The notes under the pieces are model-generated. The model saw only the letters and a program-made list of their open reading frames with translations. It had not been told where the DNA came from and did not search any database. The position numbers and the translations under genes are program-made. Positions 47,633 to 59,618 of a stretch of 61,267 nucleotides of DNA are shown one piece after another. How positions within the stretch are numbered: the stretch's first letter is position 1; each line of letters starts with the position of its first letter. The stretch spans positions 1-61,267 of the forward strand of contig NKIB01013256.1 in assembly GCA_002256025.1 (NCBI GenBank), in the 5' to 3' direction. The stretch comes from Asterionella formosa (taxonomy: Eukaryota).

Positions 47633-48682
47633 ATGCCGCCCACGAAGAGATCCAACGATGGCGATGTTGCCGCTTATATGAAAGCAATCCAATCAATGCT
47701 CATTTTCCTAGCTGGCGTAGCTTGTATGCATATGTGGAATGGAAATATGTTGACCATTTCCAATTCAGAGCAAGCATCAATGGAAACGCCCTCTCGACAA
47801 AACGTCGCGGAGGCTGATGGAGGGGAACTGGACTTTTATAGCCTTGGGTTAGCAAGTCATACCGACAAGGTTGCAGCAATCTCGCATGAACATTGCTACA
47901 AAACTGATGGCAAGGACACTTGTACCCGCGCTGGTTGCAAGAACCTAAAGTGCAGACCCTGGGGTCATTACTACCAAACCATGTATCAATCTCGGCTTGG
48001 GAAATACTCAAAGTCAACTGCTGCACCTTTTCAGTTTCTTGAAATTGGCTTTTTCAATGGTGGTGGGGCAGAAACCTACAGAAATTTTTTACCAAACGCG
48101 GAAGTTCACTCGTTAGAAATCGCTTGCCTTCCAGAAGGCCCTCGGGAGGAAGGGAAATGGCCATGGGGTAACTTCGCTGCGAAGCACAAGGATTATCAAA
48201 TGCTGCTCGATACCAAACGATTACACTGTGGTGATGCAAACGATGTCAATTGGCTAGATCAAGTGTGGACTACTCACATGAAACGAGCGGACGCTCCTCC
48301 CCTGATGATTGTTGTTGATGACGGTGCTCACTTAGCCGCGCACATGGCCCAATCGATGTTTTATTGGTTCCCAAGGATTCAGCCGAGAGGTCTAATGGTT
48401 ATCGAAGATATACAGCCGATTCAAGAGGCAAATTGGTTCAGAACTCGATTCCTTCCGAAGATAATGTCTGATCTTCACTATTGTGGCGATCCGAAGCAGC
48501 CAAATGATGAGCTATACTTTCCAACCCTGCAACCGCTTCTTGCCAGTATTCACTGTGAGATGCATATTTGTGTATTTGAAAGGAACGACGAACCACCCAT
48601 TGAACTGAGCTTGGAGCTATCAACCATGCCAGGCGATGCGTTTGATGATGAACGTCTAGTCGGCAGCTGGGGAGAGCTTTGA
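47633..48682 (+). CDS. Membrane-anchored class I SAM-dependent methyltransferase-like protein
   Basis: N-terminal TM anchor, then WGHYY..MY, FLEIGFFNGG (motif I), HSLEI, IVVDDGAH and GLMVIED. Confidence 0.75.
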   Translation: MPPTKRSNDGDVAAYMKAIQSMLIFLAGVACMHMWNGNMLTISNSEQASMETPSRQNVAEADGGELDFYSLGLASHTDKVAAISHEHCYKTDGKDTCTRAGCKNLKCRPWGHYYQTMYQSRLGKYSKSTAAPFQFLEIGFFNGGGAETYRNFLPNAEVHSLEIACLPEGPREEGKWPWGNFAAKHKDYQMLLDTKRLHCGDANDVNWLDQVWTTHMKRADAPPLMIVVDDGAHLAAHMAQSMFYWFPRIQPRGLMVIEDIQPIQEANWFRTRFLPKIMSDLHYCGDPKQPNDELYFPTLQPLLASIHCEMHICVFERNDEPPIELSLELSTMPGDAFDDERLVGSWGEL

Positions 48683-49069
48683 ATATATAAGAATGAATGG
48701 CAAGATAATCGGTACACATCTCTATTGCGTCACACCAGAGTATAGCTATTTGAAGTGATTGATCATTCATCATTGCTTTACATTGGCTCTTATTTTGGTG
48801 ATACAGTACCCCAAGCAAATAACATAAGTAGAAACCTTACTTGTCTGATCGAATTCAGCGTAAGCCAGATCTGTCCATGTGTAGATGTAGATTTTGAAAA
48901 AAAAAATTAAATACAGTCCACCACAAACGAGTACAGTTCTGCGACTGGCGGTCCGACACTGAAAATGGATGTTAAGCCCTCGCATTCATTTTCGCTTCGG
49001 CCATACTTTTGATGGAGGCGCTTCTGTGCCAACGTGACTGATGTCGTCTCCTGGATCAGGAGAGCAAGG

Positions 49070-50719
49070 CTAATTGCTTGCTACATCGGAAGTTACGATT
49101 GAAGTGCCTCCCTTTCGTCTGCGACGTCTTCGACCATTTCTGATTGGTACCAGCTCCCTCGCCCTATTCGGACCATTGCTGCTTAGTTCACTTCCAGAAA
49201 AATCAAAGTTAAACCCTTGATTCTCCTTTTCGTTCTGAGACCGAATGTATACTGTCGCTAGATCAATGGCTTTCTTCGCTTCCCATAGAGTGCGCCCGTA
49301 CTCTCCTCCTTTTCTCCCTTCCTCCAAGAATGGACGCTCGTTTATCAACATAAAGTTAGGCCCATACCTGGGAAAATATTCATGACGAGGCACATCTTTG
49401 GGTAGTTCATTGCTCAACATTCCGGGTCGAGCACCATCACAAGCCGCAGCTGTGCAAAGAAGAAAGGTTCTGGCTGCGCGAGCAGGATGGTAGCCACCTG
49501 CTCCAAGAAGCAAAAGCTTATGATTTTCGGCGCAGGCTTGAGCTGCAAAGCGTACACAGTCAGCGATACCCTCAGGCGTCAAGCCCCAACCGTCTAAATT
49601 TCCAACGAGGGGATCATCGAGTAGTCCGTCGGCACCAACACACAGAACAACAGCCTCTGGGCTTAGGGCCGCCAACAATTGTGTTAGGGCATATTGAAAG
49701 GTATTGAAAAAGTCAACATCCTTACAACCCTGCGGCATGGGCAAATTCAAATTATATCCTACTCCGTCTGTTCCGAAGGAGCCCTTTTCTCCAATTGATC
49801 CTGTGTGGGACGGGAAAAAGCCGGGAGTGTGTCGATGCAACGATACTGTCATGACCTTGTCGGTATCATAAAAAGCATTTTGGACTCCATCAGCGTGGTG
49901 AATGTCAATATCTATGTAAAGTAACTTGCTGTAGATACTTTGGAGATGCTGGAGAGCCAAGACAGTATCGTTTACGAAACAAAACCCGCCTGCTTTACTG
50001 GAGTGTGCATGATGGCGACCGCCTCCCCAATGGATAGCAACGTTGGCCTCGTTTGAACTTAACAGTTTTGCAGCATGCAAGGAGGCACCTGCCACATGTA
50101 GAATGTATTTCCAGAGAGCAGCTCTTTCTTTTTTCCCTGTTGGTAATGGGCAATCATCTGTCAGGCCATGAGCGTCCAAGAGGTGGAGTGGCATGGTTGC
50201 AGGAGGCTCGTGTTCTCGTCCGGGTACAGGATATTCCAATAAATCTAGGTAACCAGAAGAATGAAAGCTTTCCAGATGTTTCCTCGATGCTTTTTTAGGC
50301 GAAATTACCGATAGGAAGCTTGGTGTCTTGCGGAGGAAACCACAGTAATCCAACAATGCTGCTAAAAGTAAATCTCGATCTTTGTGAATAAATTCCATCG
50401 CTCGATGCAAAACTGTCGTATGAGCTGATGAGTGCATCAATGCCACTTTGATTTTCGTAACCTTCTTTTGCATGGAGCTATCAGCTACGTCCTTCGGATT
50501 ATAGCAACGACCATGGTTGATTCTTTCCTCGTTTGTCTGATCTGATTGACTCTGGATGGATGGAATGGCAATGTGTTCCTCTTTTTCCGAGTGTTGCTCC
50601 TCACTGGAAACACCCATTGGACAATTCTTCGTTACAGACGTCTCATCATCAATCATCTCGAGTATTGTTGTTGTTTTGTCTTGCATCGCTCTTGTCCCTA
50701 GCCTTGGTGCCGATGACAT
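49070..50719 (-). CDS. Class I histone deacetylase (HDAC8-like)
   Basis: Motifs GLTDDCP, WGGGRHHA, GFCFVND, YIDIDIHHADGV, SLH..GFFP, NLPM..G, GADGL..DP and GAGGY. Basic RRRRRRK near the C-terminus. Confidence 0.93.
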   Translation of the reverse strand: MSSAPRLGTRAMQDKTTTILEMIDDETSVTKNCPMGVSSEEQHSEKEEHIAIPSIQSQSDQTNEERINHGRCYNPKDVADSSMQKKVTKIKVALMHSSAHTTVLHRAMEFIHKDRDLLLAALLDYCGFLRKTPSFLSVISPKKASRKHLESFHSSGYLDLLEYPVPGREHEPPATMPLHLLDAHGLTDDCPLPTGKKERAALWKYILHVAGASLHAAKLLSSNEANVAIHWGGGRHHAHSSKAGGFCFVNDTVLALQHLQSIYSKLLYIDIDIHHADGVQNAFYDTDKVMTVSLHRHTPGFFPSHTGSIGEKGSFGTDGVGYNLNLPMPQGCKDVDFFNTFQYALTQLLAALSPEAVVLCVGADGLLDDPLVGNLDGWGLTPEGIADCVRFAAQACAENHKLLLLGAGGYHPARAARTFLLCTAAACDGARPGMLSNELPKDVPRHEYFPRYGPNFMLINERPFLEEGRKGGEYGRTLWEAKKAIDLATVYIRSQNEKENQGFNFDFSGSELSSNGPNRARELVPIRNGRRRRRRKGGTSIVTSDVASN

Positions 50720-51019
50720 GTTTGATCGCTTCGATCGTTGTCCTCAATTTCTTTCGTTGTTCATCATGGTTGTTGTTTAAATCTCTGCTCTTTTTGGCGC
50801 GCTGGAAATAACGGTAGCTTGATGATTGAGACATGTCTTTATATCCATTCCTTAATATGTTCATACGCTCTCCGGGTACCATATTTTCATGTATTCTACA
50901 CATAAATTCTTCACAACCAACAAATATTGAATCTGTTGCTCCAATTAACTGTTACTTTTTACTCTCTCTATCCAATTATAAAGGATACTAGTAAGTTTCA
51001 TAGCCAATTTGCACTCCCT

Positions 51020-51373
51020 ATTTCCCTTTTTCTAGGCAGGTCTTTCGTTGTGCTACCTTCTGGCTGGCTGACAAGACCTGGTGTGCTTCCCTGTCATAGT
51101 TTTGTTAGTGTAGCTAGGTGAGTCCCCGATAACATTTTGTGAAAGGTGATCATCCTGACTGCAGTGTTAGGAGAAACCCAACTGCCTAGGAAGGCAGTAC
51201 AAGCTGGTTGTAGGGGGGCAACCCACTATTTCTTGCACATCAGGCAAGACCATGCAGCCAGGACTGTAAGGAGTGTGAGAGTCGAACTCAACAATTGCTT
51301 CTCAATTTTTTTGTGAGAATCGAACCTCATAACCTCAGATCAAGGCAACATGCTAAACTATTAAGCCATTCCC
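51020..51373 (-). mobile_element. Probable tRNA-derived SINE or degenerate Pol III element
   Basis: The minus strand from 51373 reads GGGAATGGCTTAATAG (A-box-like)...GAGGTTCGATTCTC (B-box with T-arm pairing), then a second B-box GAGTTCGACTC. No full cloverleaf. The 3' boundary is a guess. Confidence 0.45.
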
Positions 51374-51439
51374 TTGTCTTGAAGCGCTTAAAATAAGTGA
51401 GGGTAAATTCTTTTACAATTAAACCATCCAGATAACATC

Positions 51440-52290
51440 ATCCTTACTACCCTGATATTGATTTCGATACTGTTGGGATATTATGATGGCTTCTACTACA
51501 TCAACCAGGTCCATATAGATGAAAAGTGGTTCTTTGTTTCAGAAAAATATTTGAAAATATACATCTGACTCATGGAGAAGTGGCTCCCATAAGACGAAAG
51601 AAACATAAGGAGCATATCCAAAAGGCAATATGCCTTTCGGTTGTGACTCGTCCGCATTTTGAGGATGAAAAGGTGTGTAGTACATTTGATCGAAAAATTT
51701 GAATTTGGTCATTCATGCACCAAGTAGTACTAGCAGAGCAAAGAGCTCAATTTAGCATCTGGCAGGGACAATGGAAACAAAGTCACTCCCAGCGACAATG
51801 CAGTTGGTGTGGTGCTGACATGATTGCTAATATTGTTTTACCTACTATGATCAAAGCGAAATGGCCTGATGGAAGCATATGAATATATCTGCAGCACAAA
51901 AATGATTCACCACATTTTGGTTCCGATTTTGTTCCCTTTGTAGCAGCTGCAACAGGCAAAGAATGGGATATTCGATTGACTAAGCAACCACCAAAACAGT
52001 CCGGATTTGAATATCAACGAACTATCTTATTTTAGGGCATTACAGTCAGTTCAATGTCAACGGATTGATAGAGGCAGTGCAGGCAGTATTAATTTCTTTT
52101 GAGCCAAAGAATAAAAATTTTTCTTTCTTAGCTAACATTACAGGCAGGGTTGCTTGGAAGAGAATATCTTGGTTAGTAATGGCAACAACAACTATGAGAT
52201 ACCTCACATTGGGAAGGCGGCTTTAGAACGGGTGGGGATTTTAACTGATAGGTTAGCAGCTGGGGAAGAAGCAATTAAGCTGGCCCATAC
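51440..52290 (+). mobile_element. Degenerate Tc1/mariner (DD39D, plant-mariner-like) transposase
   Basis: Fragments VHIDEKWF, KWPDG, NDSPH, QPP..S.DLNI..LSYFRALQS and GNNNYEIPHIGK..LER.GIL, with stops and frameshifts. Confidence 0.82.
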
Positions 52291-52779
52291 ATTCTGGGAT
52301 ATTAGTTTTAATAGTAGGGTGTGCTTGTATTACTAACAAGGGGTTGGGGTTTTCGTTTCCGCCGCCATTACGGCTTCATTGGATCGGACAACATTCCACC
52401 TTTTCTGCTCGGCACTGAGAGTTCCAATAATCGATACAACATCATTATTGGACAGAGGCGGGAGTACCGGTTTGTGTAATAGTGTATGATGTATAGCTAT
52501 GTATGTAGTGATGACAAGACTGGATGGTATGATGGTGTGATAATAACTATCTCAATGTATGCAAGAGGCTTTAATATGAGTCTAAAATTAACAATCTAGT
52601 AAATGCTGCGCCGTGGAAGTAGATTCTATGTAGATATTCTGAGTTAGATTATTTGTATCATATTCTTGACTGTTGGATCCAAGAAAGATTACACTACTGT
52701 TACTGTAATGAAAACTGATGACTGTTGACAAGGAGATTCACTTGTTTTATTCATTCCATTTAAATTCATGACCTTGCAT

Positions 52780-53550
52780 TCACCTTTGATCTACACAAGC
52801 CTGCCTTTGCCCTTGTTTTCCGCACTTCTTGCATGTACCTTAGTACTTTTGTGTGAAAAATGCAATCTCTTTTCCACTTTTTGTGCCCTTCAATTTTTGT
52901 TTGTAGAATGAACAAATCGTTTGTTCATGTAGGCTGATTGGTGTCATGCACTCAATGACCATCTTGCTCTATTGTACAGGAAGCTTGCTTGTTCATTATG
53001 TTGCAATGACTTGTTCCACATTCTTCTTTTTGAATGTTGGATCAATTGACATCATGTTGCTTTGAATTAGAGGGTCTAACCCAATGAATCATCTGTCTGC
53101 TGGATCAGAGGAGCTATCATCATTGAGTATGCACTTGTTTAATTCGCTTGCCAGCTAGATCAGATCCAGCAAAGCAGAAGGGGGGGGGGGTCATACCTTG
53201 TTTCAAGATTTTTATGCAATGTATGCATCACTATTGATCAGCTTCTTTGTTATTGCTTGATTGACAAGTCGAAAAGTGATCCCCATGTAACTCATAATGA
53301 GCAGCCGGTAGTCCTTTTGTTAGCTTCTTGGATTGCCTTTATGCTCTTGTTGGTTTTGTTTTCATTCTTGTCATCCAAGCATATGTTGTGACCTTAGCAT
53401 GCATCATGTGGGATCCTCTGGTCTTAGTACATGCAAGTGTCTTCATAGTCCACTGGTGGTACTCAGAATACCAGTTTGTTTCATTACCTTCAAACTTGAT
53501 GAGCCTCATGCACTGTAGACATGATTGCATTGTTTAAACCTTGAATCCAT
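52780..53550 (-). mobile_element. Possible Mutator-like (MULE) C-terminal relic
   Basis: Minus strand reads GHKKWKR...GTCKKCGKQGQRQAC, a basic patch plus a CCHC-like knuckle, in CpG-depleted broken sequence. Confidence 0.3.
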
Positions 53551-53803
53551 TTATAAATGTGTTAAAGTGTTACCTTTAGCTAGTAGATGATATATTTATT
53601 GTTGGGCAAAGAAAGCTCAAGAGTGTAGATGTTCATTTCCCTTCCACTGCTATATTCTTCACATATATTACACATCAGTTAGGGATATACTGGTACCTGG
53701 CTTATAGCTAAGCAAAGTATAACAATCGAAAACAACCACCGGTACTAAATATTAGAAGTATTATTTTTCCATTGCTCAAGGTTTCACCCTACATACATGA
53801 AGC

Positions 53804-54204
53804 ATGACAGCAACAGCAACAAGATCGTATCCATACATCTGTCAAGTGGACATTGCATTTCCAACTGCAGAGCATGCGGAAAACACCAAGAAAGTCATGG
53901 AAGTGGACGAAGAAATTGGGGACCGAGTCCAGCGCGAGTTTTCTCTTGTCCAGGGAACCGATACCGAAGAATTAGTTGTCATGAGAATGTGAGTCCCTCC
54001 CCTATTATGTAATTGGATTGCGCCATTGAATGATATTGTGGCGTGTACACGTGCCTCTCATAGTTTTATCTAATACTTACTTACATCTAAAGTCGATTTC
54101 AAGCCACAGAAGCCAAGATGCTTCGTGTTTCCATCTCGACGTTTTTTGATTATCTCAAGGTGGCACTAAAATGCATTCAAGAATTTGAACCTGAAGGCAT
54201 TTGA
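53804..54204 (+). CDS. PCC1: EKC/KEOPS complex subunit Pcc1/LAGE3, 2 exons
   Basis: IAFPT..HAE...VMEVDEE; an intron at 53989-54092 joins to RFQATEAKMLRVSISTFFDYLKVALKCIQEF. About 98 aa. Confidence 0.88.
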
Positions 54205-54752
54205 CGACGGTATGATTTTGAGGGAACTTTTGATTTCTTGTGTGTGGGCGCACTGATTGATGGTCAGAGAAATGGGCACATCGATTCTCGCATCATCAAT
54301 GGGAGATGTTCAAAGGAAATGTCTCGCCACAACCATTCAGCATTTGTTGCACTGGAATAGGATGAACTAAAATTGGGGAATTTTTGGATAATCAAAGTGG
54401 AGGCATTGACTCTATGGTATCTTCTCACATTCAACGTGCGATTATTGCTGCTGCAGCATTTTTTCGTGGGTTCAGAACTGATAGATATACAACCAAAGCA
54501 CTTTATGTATAATTTTCTATGGTGATAAAACGTTTAAGACACTTTCCATTTAGCTAGTAAATGCCTGAGACGGTTCGTGTGTAAATCCTAAATCGCAGTT
54601 CTTCCGTGATTTTGAGCCTGAGAGGTGAAAATCCCGGCTTTCTTCGATACACTTCTTGGACCGTTGCTGTGATCTCAATGAACATCATCAATCTGGTGCC
54701 AGTTTCCCGATTTTGATGATAAATGTGTTGACATCAAATTAAAGGATTCTTG

Positions 54753-56087
54753 TCATAGTTGGTCGAACTCAGGAGGGGATATTTCCTCACTTGCAGGGAT
54801 GGTTACAGTCTTCCCGCTAAAGTGCGGGATCCAAAAATATGCAGCTATCAGGATAATGAATTGTACGACGAAGGGAAGAAAGGAGATCAATTTCTGTGCC
54901 TTTCTATCCAGCTCGTTTTCGCTCTCATTTGTTGGATGAACTGCGTTCGTGATTTCGTTCGCATCGCACTTTTCCAAAGTAGCTTTTGAATCTGGTGGCA
55001 CCTCATTTGGCTTTTCGACTTTCATGGCTTGACTCATCCTTACCATCATTTCTTTAGACTTTGCTTTGTAATCTCGTTTTCTCAACTGTAGTTCTACTCG
55101 TAGCTTCCTTACATCTGCATCATCCGCATCCACTTCCTCGGCTGCAACAATGGCTGCACTAGACTCCTCAAAGCTACAACTTGGATCCAGCATGGCAGCT
55201 TTCGCAGCTCGCAAAAGTGCCTTGAGATTGTTTGGATCACGCATCAAAGCAAGTGTTGCCGATTCTTTCGCTTTGCCATACTCTTTTGCACGCATGTACA
55301 CAGCTGCTGTGTTGTTCAGGGCATCAATAAGAATCTCTTTCGCATCCTCTTGTAACGCGGCATCCGTGTCGTCACCGAGACTATTCGTCGCAGCTTCTCC
55401 GGCCTTTTTGTAGAGGAGTAGGGCCTTATTCTTGCCATACCCGTTAGACCATTCATTGGCATACACGTCATTGCCAATCGACTTCTTGTTCTTTGCAAGC
55501 TGCAGTTGAAATTTAGGTGATGCAATCGTGTTGTCGTCGGATATTACAGATTTAACGTGGATATGATAGACGACATTGGAATTCGGAGGCAATTCGTAGG
55601 AGCCGTGTTTCCGTTGCATGGGACCATATGCAAACTTTGAATGGCTGTACACAACGGACCGTTCTCCTTCCTTCATGAATCGAATACCCATTTCCAGTGC
55701 AGGGGTAACGTCCTTGTCACCCACCATGATCATCCAATCGTTGGCCTCGTGAAAAACCTCACCGCTTTCTTCACTGCGGTCCGATGCGCAACGTCCAACA
55801 AAATCCACAACTACAGCATCATGCGCTTCTACATCTTTTGATTTATTGCTCGACGAATCGTCTTTATTGATAATCTGCAGTAGTGGTGGGGTTGAATAAA
55901 AAAGCACTCGTTAGTGACTTGACGAATTGATCCACTCAGAAAAGGAAAGTTAACATGGCCCTGATTAAAAAGTTCGTACTTTCATTTGAAGATCATCGCC
56001 CATGAGATTCATCCAAGTGCCAAATCTCCCTCCTGTCTTCGGAGCTTGCTCCTCGTCCAATTCATCAATTTCTGAAATGACTACCAT
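54753..56087 (-). CDS. FKBP-type PPIase with TPR repeats and C-terminal membrane anchor (FKBP8/FKBP42-like), 2 exons
   Basis: Exon 1 spans 56087-55980 with an intron at 55979-55875. Motifs ALEMGIRFMKEGE...KFAYG...LPPNS.V.Y, TPRs (KKSIGN..Y, NNTAAVY, DPNNLKALLR) and a hydrophobic tail. Confidence 0.88.
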
Positions 56088-57455
56088 TGTTTCTTAATAG
56101 CTTTGGACCTTACAATCAAAAATGAAAAGATTATTGTGGAGTAGAGTATGTACCGAGAGTGTAGGACTTGTGCCTATTCCACTGCTTTATGCAACTTCGC
56201 TGGTGCTTGCTCTTGAATGCGTTTTTGTTGCAGTTGCTTGTTGTCGCCCTGAAGGTTGTTGTTGTGGCGGGCGAGTATGTATACCTTGTATTTGGTTACT
56301 TCTTATGATTTTTGTGCGTGATCGGATGAAGCATCAATGAATGATATGATTGATGACAATCACTTTTTTGTTCAAAAGAAGAAGCAAGAGCGAATGTACC
56401 GTAAGGAGTGGCACTGGTAAGGTACCTGGTACTGGTACCAGGTACCGTACCCTGGTACCTGGTACTATTCGGTGCCAGGTACCTGGTACACATACATCAT
56501 GCATAGTATGTGTCGAAACACAGATACATAGATGATACATCGCTGAAGCCACCATCATCAGCTCAAAATACAGTTGAATTATTCTAACAGTCAAAGTAAA
56601 CGTATTTAGTAGTCGTACGAATACAGGATATGTGAAACCACTATATTGTTGTACGTTCGGCTGCTCGTTCGAGCGAGCGATGGCTGACCCTTCATTTGTA
56701 GCCGGGCTCGTCGCTCGTTTAGCTTCTTTTCTGTTCCGAGATTCTAGGATGTACAAATGTACTGACGCCATGAATCTAGGATTTCTCTACCATACAGTAC
56801 CGGTAAGGAAGGCTAGGATGTTCGCGTGCCATACGGGTCGGAAATACTGGTACCAGGTCCAAGCGTTAGATTACCAGTTTTTAACTGCTGGTCATCAAGC
56901 AGGTAACGATTTAGCACTCCTCAGGGTTCCTTTCATGTACTTGTTTACCTGAACTCCAGCACTCCCGGCGTACTCCGATACAGGTACCTGGTACCAGTTT
57001 TTTTTCTCCCAGAGGGACCAGGTACCATACATACCAGCAACCACCAAAGAATGCTCAAGAGAAATGCATTTCACACTGGTGTGGACTGGCGCGTTGCTTC
57101 ATTTCTACACCACGAACACATCCGAAGGAGAAAGAACAAAATACAGTTCCTTTTCCAAGGTATCCCTGGCACCAGATACCCTTGGTACCAGGTACTGCAA
57201 CGACTTACCGGTACTCGTAACTGTTACCAGAGGATACGTACTGTGGTAACGAGACCACCAATGATTGTATAATGAGAACGTATTAGCTATATCTGTAGAT
57301 GACAACGAAGCGAATTCTTTCGTAGGTCACAGCCTCGAAATCACAGCCACAATTTCCAAAACATTTCTGAGTCGTCATAAATTTCTTCCATCACTCCCGA
57401 CTCATAAAAACGAGCCGACAATTCTTAAATCAAAGTTTCGAAAATTCAAGTCAAC

Positions 57456-57965
57456 ATGAACACAAAGACTATTCTCCTCGCTATTATGTATGCTCCAAAT
57501 GCGTTCGGTTATGTATCAACAAATACCCCTTTGGGAATTACGACGAAACCTTTTTTCGGAATAGAAAAAACCAATTCCGCCAGGACTGTTCCCAAACCTC
57601 GGCATGGTGGTATGGTCTACGACCTGGGCCTAGGAAAGAATCTTCCCGTGAGCGGAAGGGCTGCCACTGAAATAACTGATTTAGAGACAGCGACTCAATT
57701 TTTGGTAGAATACGAGGGAGTCAACCCCTTCCCCTCGCCAAGGTCAAGTGATACAGAAAACCCCGTCCTTCCGACCAAGCGAATACTACCAATCATAAAG
57801 CCAACACGCAAATCAGAAGATGTATTGAGCATTTTTACGCAAAATGATTCGGATTCTGTGCCTGCTACTATCTTTCAGGCAAAAGCAAATCTTAAGATGG
57901 ACCTGAACACGGTATGGGTCGAAATGATGATTCATAACCAACAGATGCAGCTTGCTAAAAATTAA
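57456..57965 (+). CDS. Small hypothetical protein with a signal peptide and NA-F plastid-type cleavage motif
   Basis: 169 aa starting MNTKTILLAIMYAPNAFG, with conserved-looking islands YDLGLGKN.PV and MDLNTVWVEMMIH. Confidence 0.65.
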   Translation: MNTKTILLAIMYAPNAFGYVSTNTPLGITTKPFFGIEKTNSARTVPKPRHGGMVYDLGLGKNLPVSGRAATEITDLETATQFLVEYEGVNPFPSPRSSDTENPVLPTKRILPIIKPTRKSEDVLSIFTQNDSDSVPATIFQAKANLKMDLNTVWVEMMIHNQQMQLAKN

Positions 57966-58096
57966 CAAGTTAATCAAGTCCAACAAAATATCATTTCATG
58001 TACTTGAGAGCTGTCAATGTCATTGTAAATTTTACTAGAAAATAGCATGAACTTTGTGATCAGAGTAACAACAATTTCACACCATATCACGAGCCA

Positions 58097-59618
58097 TTAC
58101 GCTGTCGACATTTCCAACTTTTCTGGTGACACAACCATCAACTGCTCTGCTCCAGACATGGGCGGCTTTGAGTCACCCTTTTTTGTTGCTGAATGGTAGT
58201 TCATACTGGCCCCAAACCAAGCATTCGGGTGGTTACCGACATTGTCGAGATCTAAATCTTTGATGGACGTTGCCTTTGGGTGCATCACTTCAAAGTGACG
58301 CAAACATGCGAGTTGGTAATTGTGGGTTTGCTTCAACCGCAGAATTTCGCCACGTTCCTGAGGAGTTCCAATGCTCATTTTGGACAACAACGAGCTTAAA
58401 TGATCGTCATCATAGTTCTTGTACGGGCACCCATGATGATCTCCAGCTCCAGGAGCCTGTCCCATGATAATCTTTTTGCAATTATATGGCGTATAAGTGG
58501 CTCGCTTCCCCTCCTTTCCGTACATGTGACGTACCCCATAAGCGTATTGTTTGTTGTAGTCTTCTGCTGTCATGAGCTTTCCAAATTCGCGCTGAAAGAA
58601 TAAGAGTGAATCCTCCATGGTCATTCCCGCTCCCTTTAAAAATAGACCATATTGCAAACGACCCCAATGTTTGAGCTTGTGATCGCGTTTCAGACCTGCG
58701 TGGAGTTGCGACATGCATAGCGGCATGCTGGATGCCAAAGAGTCCACTGTGGCTGCTGTGACATTCGTGTCTCCAATGGCAAGCGTATCCACGGCCCGAG
58801 ATGTCATTTGTGAGTTAATCGTTTTCAATAGAGGAGCAATGCGGCCTTCCTCCTCGACGGTCGAAAAGGCAGCCGCTGCCAACACCAACGAGCGAGACAG
58901 GGACATGCGGAATTTGGCTGCGAGAATAGAAACCACTTTTGGAAGTGGAACGTAGGCTTGGCCCTTGCTGATGAAACAAGCACGTTGAGCAACAAGCTCA
59001 ATGGCCTGAACAAAGGGTATCTTATAGTAGGGCGTTGCAGAATAGTCTCCAAGAGTCGTGCCCGGGAGGGACAGGAGCTGTTCGCGAAGAGCATCCTTTT
59101 CGTTCGTCGAAACCTTGGTCAACTCCACCTGTTTCAAGATAATTCCCAAGGAAGCTTCCGGCAGCAAATCAACGCGATGCTTGAAAAGGATACTTTCTTG
59201 AGCGAGAAACCAACGTCGAAGGTCCTCTGTGCGGCAATACGCAGCTCGGAGAATGAAATGAGAGGCAACATCGAGCTTTGGGTCGTGCAAATTGGCTTTG
59301 ATGGTCGATTCCAACTGAGTTCGAAACGAATCTCCAGTCACGTTGCGTACTTTGAGTTCCTCTATCTTGCGGAGGACCTGTTGGGCAAAAAGGGAAATTC
59401 TTAGCGTCTGTGTTGTCACTCCTTCTGTAATAATAAGAGTTCGCGCAATTTTGAAATACCTTGAGTCGAGCCAAAGCAAACTCCTCGAATTCGTCCAAGC
59501 TGAGTTCGAAGTTGGGAATCTCATCGTAAAAACAGACGGTTGGAGAATTGGACTTGCTGGATCCGTCCAACGATGGTCTCCCAAATCGCGACGAAGGCTT
59601 GCTACCTACTACGTTCAT
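58097..59618 (-). CDS. PRIM2: DNA primase large subunit, 2 exons
   Basis: An intron at 59459-59378 joins FY...P..ELSLDEFEEFALARLK to VLR. Also D.ASHFILR.AYC, Fe-S domain PLCM, HKLKHWGRLQYGLFLKG, YTPYNC, HGCPY and HPNAWF. Confidence 0.95.

Noticed and set aside
56334..57305. Short ORFs with VPGT/RYQV/TWY repeats
   Set aside because: These peptides are translations of the GGTACCW DNA motif and not evidence of proteins.
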